Source: a plasmid. From it: 64,000 bases of DNA. Both the position numbers and the translations under genes were made by a program. The stretch lies in sequence record CP080654.1; one strand, written 5' to 3'. Below the pieces are notes generated by a model. That model did not search any database. It was not told the DNA's origin and was given only the letters and a program-made list of their open reading frames with translations. Each line of letters starts with the position of its first letter. The first letter of the stretch is position 1. Shown here in pieces: positions 47,373-57,120 of the stretch.

Positions 47373-49382
47373 TCAGGCGGCGCAAGCCGTGTTGTCTTCG
47401 TTATCAGCATCGGTATCGGGCGTCGTTGTCGAACCCGATTTTTTCGTATCCCGTGGCTGCATCCAGCCTGGTACCCAGCGGGTGTCTGACAGAGAACGCT
47501 CTGCAAGGATCGCCGCATCTCCCTTTTTCAGCTTCGCCGCTTCGACGGCGACTGAATCCAGCCCAGCTTCCTGTAACGCCTCCACTATCTGGTTTTTACT
47601 GAGCAGGCCGAGGAAGTTTTCAGCAGTGGGCTGCCACCAGTCACGCAAATTGAATCCGATCGCCGTCTCCACCTCATCAAGGTTGCTACGGCTGGTATGC
47701 CCATGCTCACGGGTCTGAACCCCATCAACGGAACAGGCCGTGCAGAACGCCATCAGAGCCATCAAGGTCTGACCGTCCAGTGTGAAAAATGTGGAAAAGT
47801 CCTTCTTCCAGCCTTGCGGTAACAGGCCTTCAAGACGGTTTTTCTCCTGCATAAGAGTTTGCCACGCCAGACCGTCTTTTCCGGTCGGGGCTTCGCTGAC
47901 CAACCCACTGTGATGAACATCCATCCGCATTACAAAGGGGTGACGGGTGGTAAGGCAGTATTCAAATACGCAGGAGCACAGCCGCCAGACCATCAGGGCC
48001 ACTGCTTTCTGTGGCTGTTGTACCAGGGCAGCCTGAACAGCCAGTGTGCGTTCGGAAGACATTTTTTTGAGTAAGGGCAGACTGATCCCTTCTGCGGCAT
48101 CCGGCTCTTTACGGTCGATCACATGCAGATCACGGCTGGTCGCCTGCGTAGCGGCATCCGCCTCCCCGGGCGTTTTAACCTTCTTCTGAATCCCGCGCAA
48201 AATGCAAAGCTCACCATTATGAAGACAGGCTACTACGCCACAGCTTGCCTTCTGTTCGTCAGTCCATTGACGGTGTGCCGCCTGACTTTCTATTTCGTCG
48301 ATCAGAACCTGAATAGCGGCTTCATCCTCGTAGGTTTCCGTTGCCGCCTGTGTAGCGTACAACTCGTCGAGTCGTTGCTGTTCGTCCGGTGTGTACTGCG
48401 GTTCTGGCACAGGAAGCAGAAGGTAATTTTCACGATCTTCACCATAGTTCTGCAGTGGGTTTTCCCGCCCTATTGACCATGACCAGTCTTCGTTCAGTTC
48501 AATTGCCAGTGCAGCAGTCTCCAGTTTTTCCATAACCAGACGGTCTACGAGCACGCGATCTGCAGTACCGTCATTCTCCTCCTGGCTAAATAAATCTTCA
48601 CGAACCACACCACCTGCTGCTTCGTAGGTTTCTCGACCAATGAAGACAAAGCGAGGATGTGTAACGGAAATTTCCGTTTCTGTAATTACCCGCTTGATGA
48701 GATGTGCCGAAACCGTGCTGTAAGCAGCTTTCACCTGTTCATATACCTGCACCTGACGCGCCTGATCACTTTCCAGACTCAGTGCCTGGCACTGCTCCAC
48801 ATCAAGGGTATTGTTTGCCAGCAGTTCGAGGATTTCCGGGGCGAGATGAGCCAATTTCAGCATGCGCTGAACGTGGCGACTTCCATACCCCAACTGGTCA
48901 CCAATCTGCGCCGGGCTTTTCCCTTGTTCGGAGAGTTTGCGGAATCCGGCAATTTGTTCTGCCGGATGCATGGCCACACGCTGGTTGTTTTCCACCATTG
49001 AGGCCACAACCGCGAGTTCGTCACTAACCCGCTTAACGATCACCTGATACCCGGCATCGATGCGGTTTTCAGTGAGTAATAACTGCAGGGCTGCAAGACG
49101 CCGACCACCTGCAGCCACCCCTGACATACCTTCCGGGAGAGTATGCACAACCAGATTCTGAATCAGACCAATGGTCTCAATGGATTCAGCCAGTTCCCGG
49201 ACACTCTCAACCGGGTACGGGATAGTGCGAACGTTCAGTGGCGATTTAATCAGCGCAGACAGCGGCACCAGTTCAATCTGTGCTGCTTCAAGCGCCTCTT
49301 TCAGAGCCGCTGCTTCGGCAGGTTTGACGTTTTTTTTGCTGGTTTTGACAGATGTTTTTGCTTTAGACTCGGTCACGGACAT
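47373..49382 (-). CDS. ParB-like nuclease-domain protein (669 aa) of the leading region.
   Basis: N-terminal ParB/Srx fold signature LVPLSALIKSPLNVRT...ETIGLIQNLVVHTL...GGRRLAALQLL. Its size and position between ssb and psiB are as in F-like plasmids. Confidence 0.75.
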   Translation of the reverse strand: MSVTESKAKTSVKTSKKNVKPAEAAALKEALEAAQIELVPLSALIKSPLNVRTIPYPVESVRELAESIETIGLIQNLVVHTLPEGMSGVAAGGRRLAALQLLLTENRIDAGYQVIVKRVSDELAVVASMVENNQRVAMHPAEQIAGFRKLSEQGKSPAQIGDQLGYGSRHVQRMLKLAHLAPEILELLANNTLDVEQCQALSLESDQARQVQVYEQVKAAYSTVSAHLIKRVITETEISVTHPRFVFIGRETYEAAGGVVREDLFSQEENDGTADRVLVDRLVMEKLETAALAIELNEDWSWSIGRENPLQNYGEDRENYLLLPVPEPQYTPDEQQRLDELYATQAATETYEDEAAIQVLIDEIESQAAHRQWTDEQKASCGVVACLHNGELCILRGIQKKVKTPGEADAATQATSRDLHVIDRKEPDAAEGISLPLLKKMSSERTLAVQAALVQQPQKAVALMVWRLCSCVFEYCLTTRHPFVMRMDVHHSGLVSEAPTGKDGLAWQTLMQEKNRLEGLLPQGWKKDFSTFFTLDGQTLMALMAFCTACSVDGVQTREHGHTSRSNLDEVETAIGFNLRDWWQPTAENFLGLLSKNQIVEALQEAGLDSVAVEAAKLKKGDAAILAERSLSDTRWVPGWMQPRDTKKSGSTTTPDTDADNEDNTACAA

Positions 49383-49450
49383 AATTGATACCTCACTGGA
49401 TTAATGATTGTCTGCCGGGTAGTCCCCCTACCCGGCGCCTTCTTACTTCA

Positions 49451-49693
49451 TTACTTCGTTTTACGGATGCCATAGAATTCGATGTAGCGGTTGAGCCAGT
49501 AGGCGGCCCCTTTTTCAAAATTCCACCCCCGCCAAATCATTTCACCGTCTCGACGAACAACCAGCCGGAAATGTGTACCCTGATCGTCTTCAATGGTGAC
49601 ATTCTGAAACTGTTCTGCCACCGCTGTGGCTTGTTCGCGTGTGAACGAGCCATCGGCGAGGCACTTAAGTAATGTGTTCGTGTTGTCTGTCAT
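49451..49693 (-). CDS. Hypothetical protein (80 aa) downstream of ssb.
   Basis: [32 protein letters not shown]... Confidence 0.45.
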   Translation of the reverse strand: MTDNTNTLLKCLADGSFTREQATAVAEQFQNVTIEDDQGTHFRLVVRRDGEMIWRGWNFEKGAAYWLNRYIEFYGIRKTK

Positions 49694-49740
49694 GGTTTTT
49701 CTCCTGTAAAAGCCCCTGCATCAGAGGCTTTTCTGCGTCA

Positions 49741-50253
49741 TCAAAAGGGGATCTCATCGTCAAAATCGTGACCCGGATCAGGCTGCGAAGGTGGTTGCTG
49801 CGGAGCAGTGTTAGATTTTTTACCTGCAGCCTTACCTTTCCCTTTCGCTGCACCGGAGGTGGCAGGAGGTGGCGTTTGCGGATCAGATTGAGGCTGACTT
49901 TCACGGCGGCCGCCCAGCATCTGCATGGTGCCCCCAACGTTAACCACAACTTCTGTAACGTACTTCTCCAGACCAGATTGATCAGTCCACTTGCGGCTAC
50001 GTAACTGACCTTCGATATAGACCTGAGCACCTTTACGCAGATATTCCCCGGCCACTTCGGCCAGTTTTCCAAACACAACAACACGGTGCCATTCAGTGTT
50101 TTCGCGCATTTGTCCATCCTGTTTGTCACGCCATGTTTCTGACGTGGCCAGGGTGAAATTAGCCACTGCGCCACCGGAAGGCAGATAACGAACTTCGGGA
50201 TCTTGTCCGAGATAACCGACAAGAATGACTTTATTGACGCCACGTGTTGCCAT
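49741..50253 (-). CDS. ssb: Plasmid single-stranded DNA-binding protein.
   Basis: From the internal ATG: [48 protein letters not shown]...[39 protein letters not shown], ending with the acidic tail DFDDEIPF. Confidence 0.95.
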   Translation of the reverse strand: MATRGVNKVILVGYLGQDPEVRYLPSGGAVANFTLATSETWRDKQDGQMRENTEWHRVVVFGKLAEVAGEYLRKGAQVYIEGQLRSRKWTDQSGLEKYVTEVVVNVGGTMQMLGGRRESQPQSDPQTPPPATSGAAKGKGKAAGKKSNTAPQQPPSQPDPGHDFDDEIPF

Positions 50254-50285
50254 AATGAATCTCCTTAATCTGTTGTTTTGCCTTT

Positions 50286-51055
50286 TAAAACCATCACCCG
50301 TTGAGTTGCCGGGGCCGCGGTTTTGACTTTGTGCGGGGACCTGCTGAACCTGCCCCCTGGATATAACCTTCACCCGTTTGAGAGCCGTTCGCCGCAAGGG
50401 CGTAAACGAGCACGGCCCGGTGCAGATGTCCGGGGGTGAGCGGGAAATTTTTTTCGGCCTAATGAAGCGGCAGCGGAATGGCCGGGAAAAATTTATTGCG
50501 AAAGGCCCTGCCGTCCCCTGGACAGCAAGACGGGTTGTGCTTGTCTCAGCCCCGGCGAATGGACTCAAACGGGTGATACGGGTACCAGGGGAAAGGAGCA
50601 GGCACCCGCCGCAACGACGAAGAGCGCGGGCGCGAAACGGCGTTGCCCCGCAGAGTGCCGGCAGTCCTTCGCCGGCACGGTGAAAGCGGCGCGACCGGGA
50701 CGGTCGCAGCAAGCGCTGCCGTTGACCTTGACGTCAGACATCAGACACTAGCCGTCAGGCCCGAAACCGCTTTGCGGGTTCGGCGGAGCTTACCGCGTCT
50801 TTTCGCGGTTAGCGGAGTGTGGCTCGACGACCGGACAGCGCAGCTGGCCGGGAGCCGAAGGTGTCCAGTATGGGTGTGCTTTTAAAGCCTTTAAGGGTTA
50901 AAAAGAGACATCACAGCAGAAAGAAGAAGAGAAAGCAGACAGACAGCAGGCAGCAAACAGGGAAGACGCGGAAAGGAAATGCGGGCGGCGCGTCAGCGCG
51001 GCCCGGTTTTCCCGGCGCCGCAGGCGCGCGGTCTTTCGAGGCGCGGCCAGACGGG
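50286..51055 (-). promoter_or_regulatory. Frpo/ssi-like repeat copy 3 (full length), immediately upstream of ssb.
   Basis: Near-identical to copies 1 and 4 across ~750 bp. Confidence 0.75.
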
Positions 51056-51084
51056 GACAGGTGCCCCGCCGGCTTAACGTGTCA

Positions 51085-51648
51085 TCAGACGGTTATTCTG
51101 AGAATGGCGGTCGCTACCTGGGTATACGTGAATGTTCCCCGCGGCAACGGCTCCCAGACGTCCGCCAGGGACTCCAGCGCCTTTTGCTGACGCGGGCCGT
51201 CCAGACATATTCCAGTCAGAATCCCGCCAGGCTCAAGCAGAGTTAATGCCCGCCGGATATGCCGGATATCATCACCGCGATGAAACGGCGGATTCATGAT
51301 AATTCGTGTATACCGGCGCTCCGGATGATATTCGAGAAAATCTCCGCACCAGATCCGGACCTCCGGGAAATGCGCCTGCAGGTGACGGGCTAACCCGGCG
51401 TGCAGCTCCACGGCGTCACACTTCGCCCGGGGGACTGCATCCCTGATCGCCTGCAGTATGGCGCCCGTTCCGGCACTGGGTTCCAGAATGCGATCGGTTT
51501 CCCGGACATCAGCCAGCTCAACCAGCCGGCGACATTCCGGGGAGGGGGTGACAAAAAGTTGCGAGCTACCCTGAATTTCAGCGACAGGGGCGCGCCCTTC
51601 CAGTTTGTCCCGCATCGCCTGAATACGGTGTTTAAGGTCATGATGCAT
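51085..51648 (-). CDS. SAM-dependent methyltransferase with NPPF motif (putative N6-adenine DNA methyltransferase).
   Basis: Motif I ILEPSAGTGAIL and motif IV IIMNPPF. About 187 aa from MHHDLKHRIQ. Confidence 0.7.
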   Translation of the reverse strand: MHHDLKHRIQAMRDKLEGRAPVAEIQGSSQLFVTPSPECRRLVELADVRETDRILEPSAGTGAILQAIRDAVPRAKCDAVELHAGLARHLQAHFPEVRIWCGDFLEYHPERRYTRIIMNPPFHRGDDIRHIRRALTLLEPGGILTGICLDGPRQQKALESLADVWEPLPRGTFTYTQVATAILRITV

Positions 51649-51695
51649 GAATGTACTCCCTGACCTCCCCGGCAAGATGCCGGGGAGCCTTCCTG

Positions 51696-53051
51696 TTATT
51701 TTTTCGGAATTTCAACGGTTTTCATGTCTGTGATATACACATTCACGAGCGTACAACCGTGCGTCATGCACCGGCGGAAGCGATAGGCGCCGTGTGTTTC
51801 GGTTTCTGCAGCACCCCGCACGCCTTTATAATCAGCGGGTAATTTCGCCCACTCGGCTTTTGTCATTTCCCGGAACCCTTCCCCCGGATAATTGACGATC
51901 GGTGGGCGCTTCGCCGCTTTCTTCGCGTCGCTGGCTTCCTCCGCTGTCGGGGCTTTGTAGTCCGTGATACGGTCGGGCGTGAGTTTCATCGTGCCGCTGT
52001 AGCCCAGAAAGCGATAACCGGGCGTTTCGACTGAACTCACCTCCCCCTTACTCCGGTTAACCCGGAGAATGGTTAACCATTCTCCCCGACTCAGTACCTG
52101 CCCGCCTGGTTCAAATTCCTGTGTTCGGGTGACAACGCCACCGTTTTCATTGAGCATCGCGCGTTCGTAGGCCAGGCGGTTCTGGTAATGATTCACCCAG
52201 CGCTGTTGGTGGTTAATCGTGCGCTCATGACAGCGGATCGCAATATCACGCGCCTGTTCAAAAGTAATGATCTCCTCAGACAGGGCAGAATGGAGAGACA
52301 TCGAGCCCTCATACTGGCTTTTCTCTGCCGGGCGGGGGTATTTGTCGAGCGTGAAGCAGGCATGAATATGATCATAATTACTGACCAGTAACGCCATTTT
52401 CAGATCGAGCGTCTGCGCACGCCACATCGTCATATACTTTTCAGACCGGGCAATGTGCTTTTGGGACTTGCGTAATTCCGCCTCGATTTTTTTGATACGG
52501 CGGTAACGCACATCCGGACGCTCCTTGTATTTCGCGTGCCGCAGAGAGGCCTGCGCGCGCTGTTCCCAGTATTCGGCGCGCTCGAACAGCATCACCGCAC
52601 GTTTCATGCCGTTCTCAATTTTCTGCGCATGCCGGCGCGCGCGGCGCTCGCTGTGGTGGCCTACCAGGATCGGCTGTCCCAGCGGGACAGCCGATGCCAG
52701 CGAATCAACATGCGCAAGCGCCTGCTCCGATTCAACCGCCCGCCGGTCACTGTAGTCACTGAACCGCCCGGCGCGCTGCTCCTGGCGATCAAACAGGGTG
52801 CTGTCCTCGTCCTCGATATCACCGGCGAGGGAAAGCAGGACATCCTCCCGCCCCGGCGTCCAGGCTGGCGCCACAAAAAGTTCCTGTTTGGGCGCCCAGC
52901 GAAAGCCTGCTTTGTTGATCAGGGAATACGTTTCTTCATCGAGCCGTAATGATGCGTAAAGTCGCAATTTATTATCATCGGGTGAATAGGTTGCCCGGTA
53001 AGTCTGGCCTGCGGTGTTTTCCGTCATGATCTGTGCGGTAGTCGGTGCCAT
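51696..53051 (-). CDS. Hypothetical leading-region protein (451 aa), possibly DUF3560-like.
   Basis: Long ORF with coding-like composition. I have no motif-level identification, and the family recall is uncertain. Confidence 0.5.
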   Translation of the reverse strand: MAPTTAQIMTENTAGQTYRATYSPDDNKLRLYASLRLDEETYSLINKAGFRWAPKQELFVAPAWTPGREDVLLSLAGDIEDEDSTLFDRQEQRAGRFSDYSDRRAVESEQALAHVDSLASAVPLGQPILVGHHSERRARRHAQKIENGMKRAVMLFERAEYWEQRAQASLRHAKYKERPDVRYRRIKKIEAELRKSQKHIARSEKYMTMWRAQTLDLKMALLVSNYDHIHACFTLDKYPRPAEKSQYEGSMSLHSALSEEIITFEQARDIAIRCHERTINHQQRWVNHYQNRLAYERAMLNENGGVVTRTQEFEPGGQVLSRGEWLTILRVNRSKGEVSSVETPGYRFLGYSGTMKLTPDRITDYKAPTAEEASDAKKAAKRPPIVNYPGEGFREMTKAEWAKLPADYKGVRGAAETETHGAYRFRRCMTHGCTLVNVYITDMKTVEIPKK

Positions 53052-53102
53052 TGTGTTTTCTCCTTCCTGCAGTTGCCGCCCCTCGCGGGGCGGCTCACCT
53101 CA

Positions 53103-53333
53103 TCAGTTAAATGCGCGTTTCAGTTCCAGCGTGCGGAGTACCTGCCCGAGGGCGGTATTTTTCATCGCGGGGATGTGGACACCGCGCCCTTTGCGGTGAC
53201 TTCTGGCGATATGACGCCCGAAAGCTCTGAGAGCGGGATCAATCTCCGGTGCGGTGATATCTGCGCGCAGAATGCGCGAATGACGACGGGGCTTTACAGC
53301 GCCTGCGGAAGGTGAAAAAATAGAAACGATCAT
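53103..53333 (-). CDS. Hypothetical small basic protein (76 aa).
   Basis: ORF within the block downstream of Frpo-like copy 4. Confidence 0.35.
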   Translation of the reverse strand: MIVSIFSPSAGAVKPRRHSRILRADITAPEIDPALRAFGRHIARSHRKGRGVHIPAMKNTALGQVLRTLELKRAFN

Positions 53334-53424
53334 AAAGTTGACTCCTTATGGTAGTTAACGAAGCCGGAAAAACCGTTCGTGCGATTTTTACGGCGTGGGA
53401 GAAGCAGGGTTTACCCTGCTTTTT

Positions 53425-53652
53425 TCATATCTGCGGTTTGCTTCCCGCTTCTTCTTCCTCCTTCTTAAGCTGATCGGTAATGTCTTCCGGTTCGCCCAGA
53501 AGCCAGCCTTTGACGGGTTCACAGCGTTCAATAAACGCTTTTATCGCCCGTTTTCCGGTCGTGGCCTGCACCCGGGTAAACATCGGCAGATTGCCGCTGG
53601 CATTGCTTCCCAGAAATGCGATCCGATACGTTCGCAATGAAGGATCCTGCAT
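53425..53652 (-). CDS. Hypothetical small protein (75 aa), the first gene after Frpo-like copy 4.
   Basis: ATG ~30 nt from the repeat end. MQDPSLRTYRIAFLGSNASGNLPMFTRVQATTGKRAIKAFIERCEPVKGWLLGEPEDITDQL... Confidence 0.4.
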   Translation of the reverse strand: MQDPSLRTYRIAFLGSNASGNLPMFTRVQATTGKRAIKAFIERCEPVKGWLLGEPEDITDQLKKEEEEAGSKPQI

Positions 53653-53679
53653 TTTTCTTTTTCCTGATTTTTAAAGAAC

Positions 53680-54335
53680 ATCACCCGTTGAGTTGCCGGG
53701 GCCGCGGTTTTGACTTTGTGCGGGGACCTGCTGAACCTGCCCCCTGGATATAACCTTCACCCGTTTGAGAGCCGTTCGCCGCAAGGGCGTAAACGAGCAC
53801 GGCCCGGTGCAGATGTCCGGGGGTGAGCGGGAAATTTTTTTCGGCCTAATGAAGCGGCAGCGGAATGGCCGGGAAAAATTTATTGCGAAAGGCCCTGCCG
53901 TCCCCTGGACAGCAAGACGGGTTGTGCTTGTCTCAGCCCCGGCGAATGGACTCAAACGGGTGATACGGGTACCAGGGGAAAGGAGCAGGCACCCGCCGCA
54001 ACGACGGAACGCGCGGGCGCGAAACGGCGTTGCCCCGCAGAGTGCCGGCAGTCCTTCGCCGGCACGGTGAAAGCGGCGCGACCGGGACGGTCGCAGCAAG
54101 CGCTGCCGTTGACCCTGACGTCAGACATCAGACACTAGCCGCCAGGCCCGAAACCGCGTAGCGGGTTCGGCGGAGCTTACCGCGTCTTTTCGCGGTTAGC
54201 GGAGTGTGGCTCGACGACCGGACAGCGCAGCTGGCCGGGAGCCGAAGGTGTCCAGTATGGGTGTGCTTTTAAAGCCTTTAAGGGTTAAAAAGAGACATCA
54301 CAGCAGGAAGAAGAAGAGAAAGCAGACAGACAGCA
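53680..54335 (-). promoter_or_regulatory. Frpo/ssi-like repeat copy 4.
   Basis: catcacccgttgagttgccggggccgcggttttgactttgtgcgg... is identical to the other copies. It diverges after ...gacagacagcagg. Confidence 0.7.
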
Positions 54336-54435
54336 GGGAGCAAGCCGGAAACGTAAAGATGCAGGCTGGAGAGAATATGTTTTTCATGCCGCCGGAAAGA
54401 AGCCATGATAAACCGGCGGCATACCAGACGGGGCG

Positions 54436-54753
54436 TCAGGAACGGAGCTTATTTTCCTTCCTGAACTGCGCAACGCTATACCAGATTGAAGCCAGGAAAG
54501 CGAAAACGGTGATCAGGACACGAAATTCGTCACCCGGCTCTTTCCCCTTCAGCATCAGCGTTATGATGATGCCGGCAACGATAATCCACGCAATACCACT
54601 CCAGAGGCGCAGCTTATCCGCCACGACATTAATCAGAACAAAAGCAACGGCCAGGATAGCCCCCCACAGAGCCGGAACAGGCTGAAACGGAATAAAAAAC
54701 AGGTTAATACCTGTTAAAAGCGTCACGGCAGCAAACATCAGAGACATACGCAC
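54436..54753 (-). CDS. Hypothetical polytopic membrane protein (105 aa).
   Basis: 3 TM segments. Confidence 0.4.
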   Translation of the reverse strand: MRMSLMFAAVTLLTGINLFFIPFQPVPALWGAILAVAFVLINVVADKLRLWSGIAWIIVAGIIITLMLKGKEPGDEFRVLITVFAFLASIWYSVAQFRKENKLRS

Positions 54754-54787
54754 AGATTACCCTCCCTGGACACACTGAGTAAGAAAA

Positions 54788-55042
54788 TCAATTCTGCTGA
54801 TCATCGCCCGGTTTATTATATTCGGGCGCATTTGCGCGCGGCAGCTGCTGACTGTTCAGTCGATGTACGCGGAGCCGTTCATGGAAATATTCGCGCAGGT
54901 GTTCAGGCTGTTCCCGTTCAACAAGTTCCGGCACGACGGGCTTGTTCATGCGCTCCTGCCAGGCAACAGCAGCAGCCACCTTATCGACGGCAACTTTATC
55001 CTGCTCCTCCTTTGAAAAAGAGGCGATATTCCACTTTGACAT
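54788..55042 (-). CDS. Hypothetical protein (84 aa).
   Basis: ORF MSKWNIASFSKEEQDKVAVDKVAAAVAWQERM... Confidence 0.4.
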   Translation of the reverse strand: MSKWNIASFSKEEQDKVAVDKVAAAVAWQERMNKPVVPELVEREQPEHLREYFHERLRVHRLNSQQLPRANAPEYNKPGDDQQN

Positions 55043-55229
55043 ATGCTTTACCGGTCTGCTTTACAGGAAGATATCCCTGATAATACGCGAATTCCGGGGC
55101 AACAGCGACTGACAACGGAGAGGAGAGTGCGCGGCGCCGGAGGCGCGGCGACGTCTCTCTCCGGCAGGCGCAGCCTGCCCGGGTTTTCGCGCGGCCGGAA
55201 GCGGCAGAGGTTCCCCCCTGCCCTGTGAT

Positions 55230-55421
55230 TTATCGTGCCTTTCCCCCCTGAAGAATGAAATGGCCGCCAATATAGACGGCACACTGACAGGTCATGTATT
55301 CACAGATTTCATCCATCACCTGCGCAGTGGTCAGTTCCCGCTGACCGGCATCGCGGCGGCGGGCATTAATCAGGGCTTTGTACTGTCGCAGGATATCGCG
55401 GCTTTGTGGTGCAAGTTTCAT
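55230..55421 (-). CDS. Hypothetical protein (63 aa).
   Basis: ORF immediately downstream of ardA. Confidence 0.35.
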   Translation of the reverse strand: MKLAPQSRDILRQYKALINARRRDAGQRELTTAQVMDEICEYMTCQCAVYIGGHFILQGGKAR

Positions 55422-55463
55422 GTGCGTTCTCCTTAACCGGCGGGCTTCCCCGCCGGATAGTAA

Positions 55464-55970
55464 TCAGTTGCTGAATACATAGCCTTCATGGAAGACATAG
55501 CCGCTGCTGAACAGATCCCGCGCATAAGCCTCATAATCGAAATAGACGCGCAGGGATTCAGGCACCTCGTTTAACAGGCCGTGATCCTCCACAAAGCCAT
55601 AAGCAAAATCCGCCTCGCTTTCAGCCTCGCCACAATACGCCTCATCAAAGGCGTCATAGTCGCACTCGCCGGTATAGTCCGCCCAGGCCACAAACGCGGC
55701 AGCGCGTCCTTCGTCCTGCGCCTGCCGGAATGCCTCGATAAACGCCCACTTAACAGAGGATTCAGAGGCAAACTGAGACGGGATCCCTTCCCAGTCCTGA
55801 AACATAAACTCGGGGTCATCCTCGGCGGCATGCAACGCCCGGCAGGCGTCATAAAATTCGTCTTCGTCGTCGAAGTCGGTTAAATCAAACCATTTGCCAA
55901 AAATACTGCCGCCGTTGTACTGGTGATATGTGCCCACGTAGACGGCCGGAACGGTTACTGATGAAGTCAT
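55464..55970 (-). CDS. ardA: ArdA antirestriction protein (DNA-mimic inhibitor of type I R-M).
   Basis: 168 aa and strongly acidic. PAVYVGTYHQYNGGSIFGKWFDLTDFDDEDEFYDACRALHAAEDDPEFMFQDWEGIP matches the ArdA N-terminal consensus. Confidence 0.9.
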   Translation of the reverse strand: MTSSVTVPAVYVGTYHQYNGGSIFGKWFDLTDFDDEDEFYDACRALHAAEDDPEFMFQDWEGIPSQFASESSVKWAFIEAFRQAQDEGRAAAFVAWADYTGECDYDAFDEAYCGEAESEADFAYGFVEDHGLLNEVPESLRVYFDYEAYARDLFSSGYVFHEGYVFSN

Positions 55971-56012
55971 TTTTGTCTCCCTGCGGGGCGGTGTAACCGC
56001 CCCGGTCGTTAA

Positions 56013-56443
56013 TCAGTCCAGCGCGGCGTAAATAGCACTGCATTCGGGGTGAAAGGTGATGTGATTCCAGAGCTGGGCATCACGCAGCATATAAAGGCGA
56101 GTCAGCGCCGGGTTACTGCTGTCATGATGGGCCGCCAGACGGCGATTAATCGCCAGGCTGGTCAGAATAATGCCCGCCGCGTCGGCGCTGACAGTGCGAT
56201 CAAACCAGTTTTCGCTACTGACCAGATGTACCCGGCCACAATCCGGCATCATGTAGCCGCCCCCCTCCGGCAGGCGAATAAAATGCCAGAAGCCGCCCTC
56301 ATAGCCGGGCATCCATTTTTTGGCCAGAGCGTACACCTGTAATTCCGCGAGCATGAAATCCGTGCCGAACAGGTACGGCATAAAAGACAGGCGGTCGGAC
56401 TCCTCAACATTCAGGACCGGGCATGTATTCACATACTGCATGG
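56013..56443 (-). CDS. KlcA/ArdB-family antirestriction-like protein (~143 aa).
   Basis: From the internal ATG: MQYVNTCPVLNVEESDRLSFMPYLFGTDFMLAELQVYALAKKWMPGYEGGFWHFI... The family assignment is from memory of Pfam 'Antirestriction'/KlcA-like leading-region proteins. Confidence 0.55.
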
Positions 56444-56459
56444 ATAAACCTCCGTAATC

Positions 56460-57060
56460 ACATAGACTGCGGCACCGGGTTGTGCCGTGCCGACACGACA
56501 GCCCGGCGAAAAGCGGAAGATGCAGGGGCGACACCGGAGGCCGCAGCGCAGATATAGCGCGAAGCTGGTCTGGACGGTTTTCGAGCGAAACCTGAGCGAG
56601 AAAACGACGGGAAGAACGGCGAGCATCATAAAAAACCTGCGACCGGGCGAGGATGGCGGCGTCAGCGCACCCTTGCATCTGCAGCGGCCGGGCTAAAGTG
56701 AAGGCACGGCACAACCCGTCGCGATGCAGGAGGTTGAATACAGGGTTTCTCTCCCCCGTTTTTCGACCACCGGGAGAAAAGCGGAAGCAGATGTCGCAAC
56801 GCGACAGACGCAGGAATAAGGCCACAGACCGGAGGGATGGGGCCGGGTGAAGCGGAGCCGGCGGCAACGGCAAGCCGGCGACTGCCTTATCCGGGGATGG
56901 CGGCGCCAGCGAACTCCAGCCTCTGCGGCTGCCGGGCTAAAGTGAAGGCACGGCAAAGCCAGCACACGGCACGGCGATAACAGAGGGTTGTGTTCACCCA
57001 AAAGGCCCGGAAACCGGGCCGGGTGGACGCGGAGCCGGCACGGCGACATCCTTATCGCAC
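56460..57060. repeat. GC-rich non-coding region with ~2.5 imperfect direct repeats (unit ~175-240 bp).
   Basis: ctgcagcggccgggctaaagtgaaggcacggcacaacc (56680) recurs as ctgcggctgccgggctaaagtgaaggcacggcaaagcc (56921). ggccgggtgaagcggagccggcggcaacgg recurs as ggccgggtggacgcggagccggcacggcg. gaaaagcggaag occurs twice. Confidence 0.6.
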
Positions 57061-57120
57061 CACACCTCCTGTGCCGGCAAGCTGACAAGGGAGGGTCCCC
57101 TCCCCTGATGCGCCGGGCTG

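Noticed and set aside
56013-56873. Full 286-aa ORF upstream extension of the KlcA-like gene.
   Set aside because: The upstream 140 aa lie in the GC-rich repeat region and translate to Arg/Pro/Leu-rich low-complexity sequence. The homology-bearing part starts at the internal ATG (MQYVN...).
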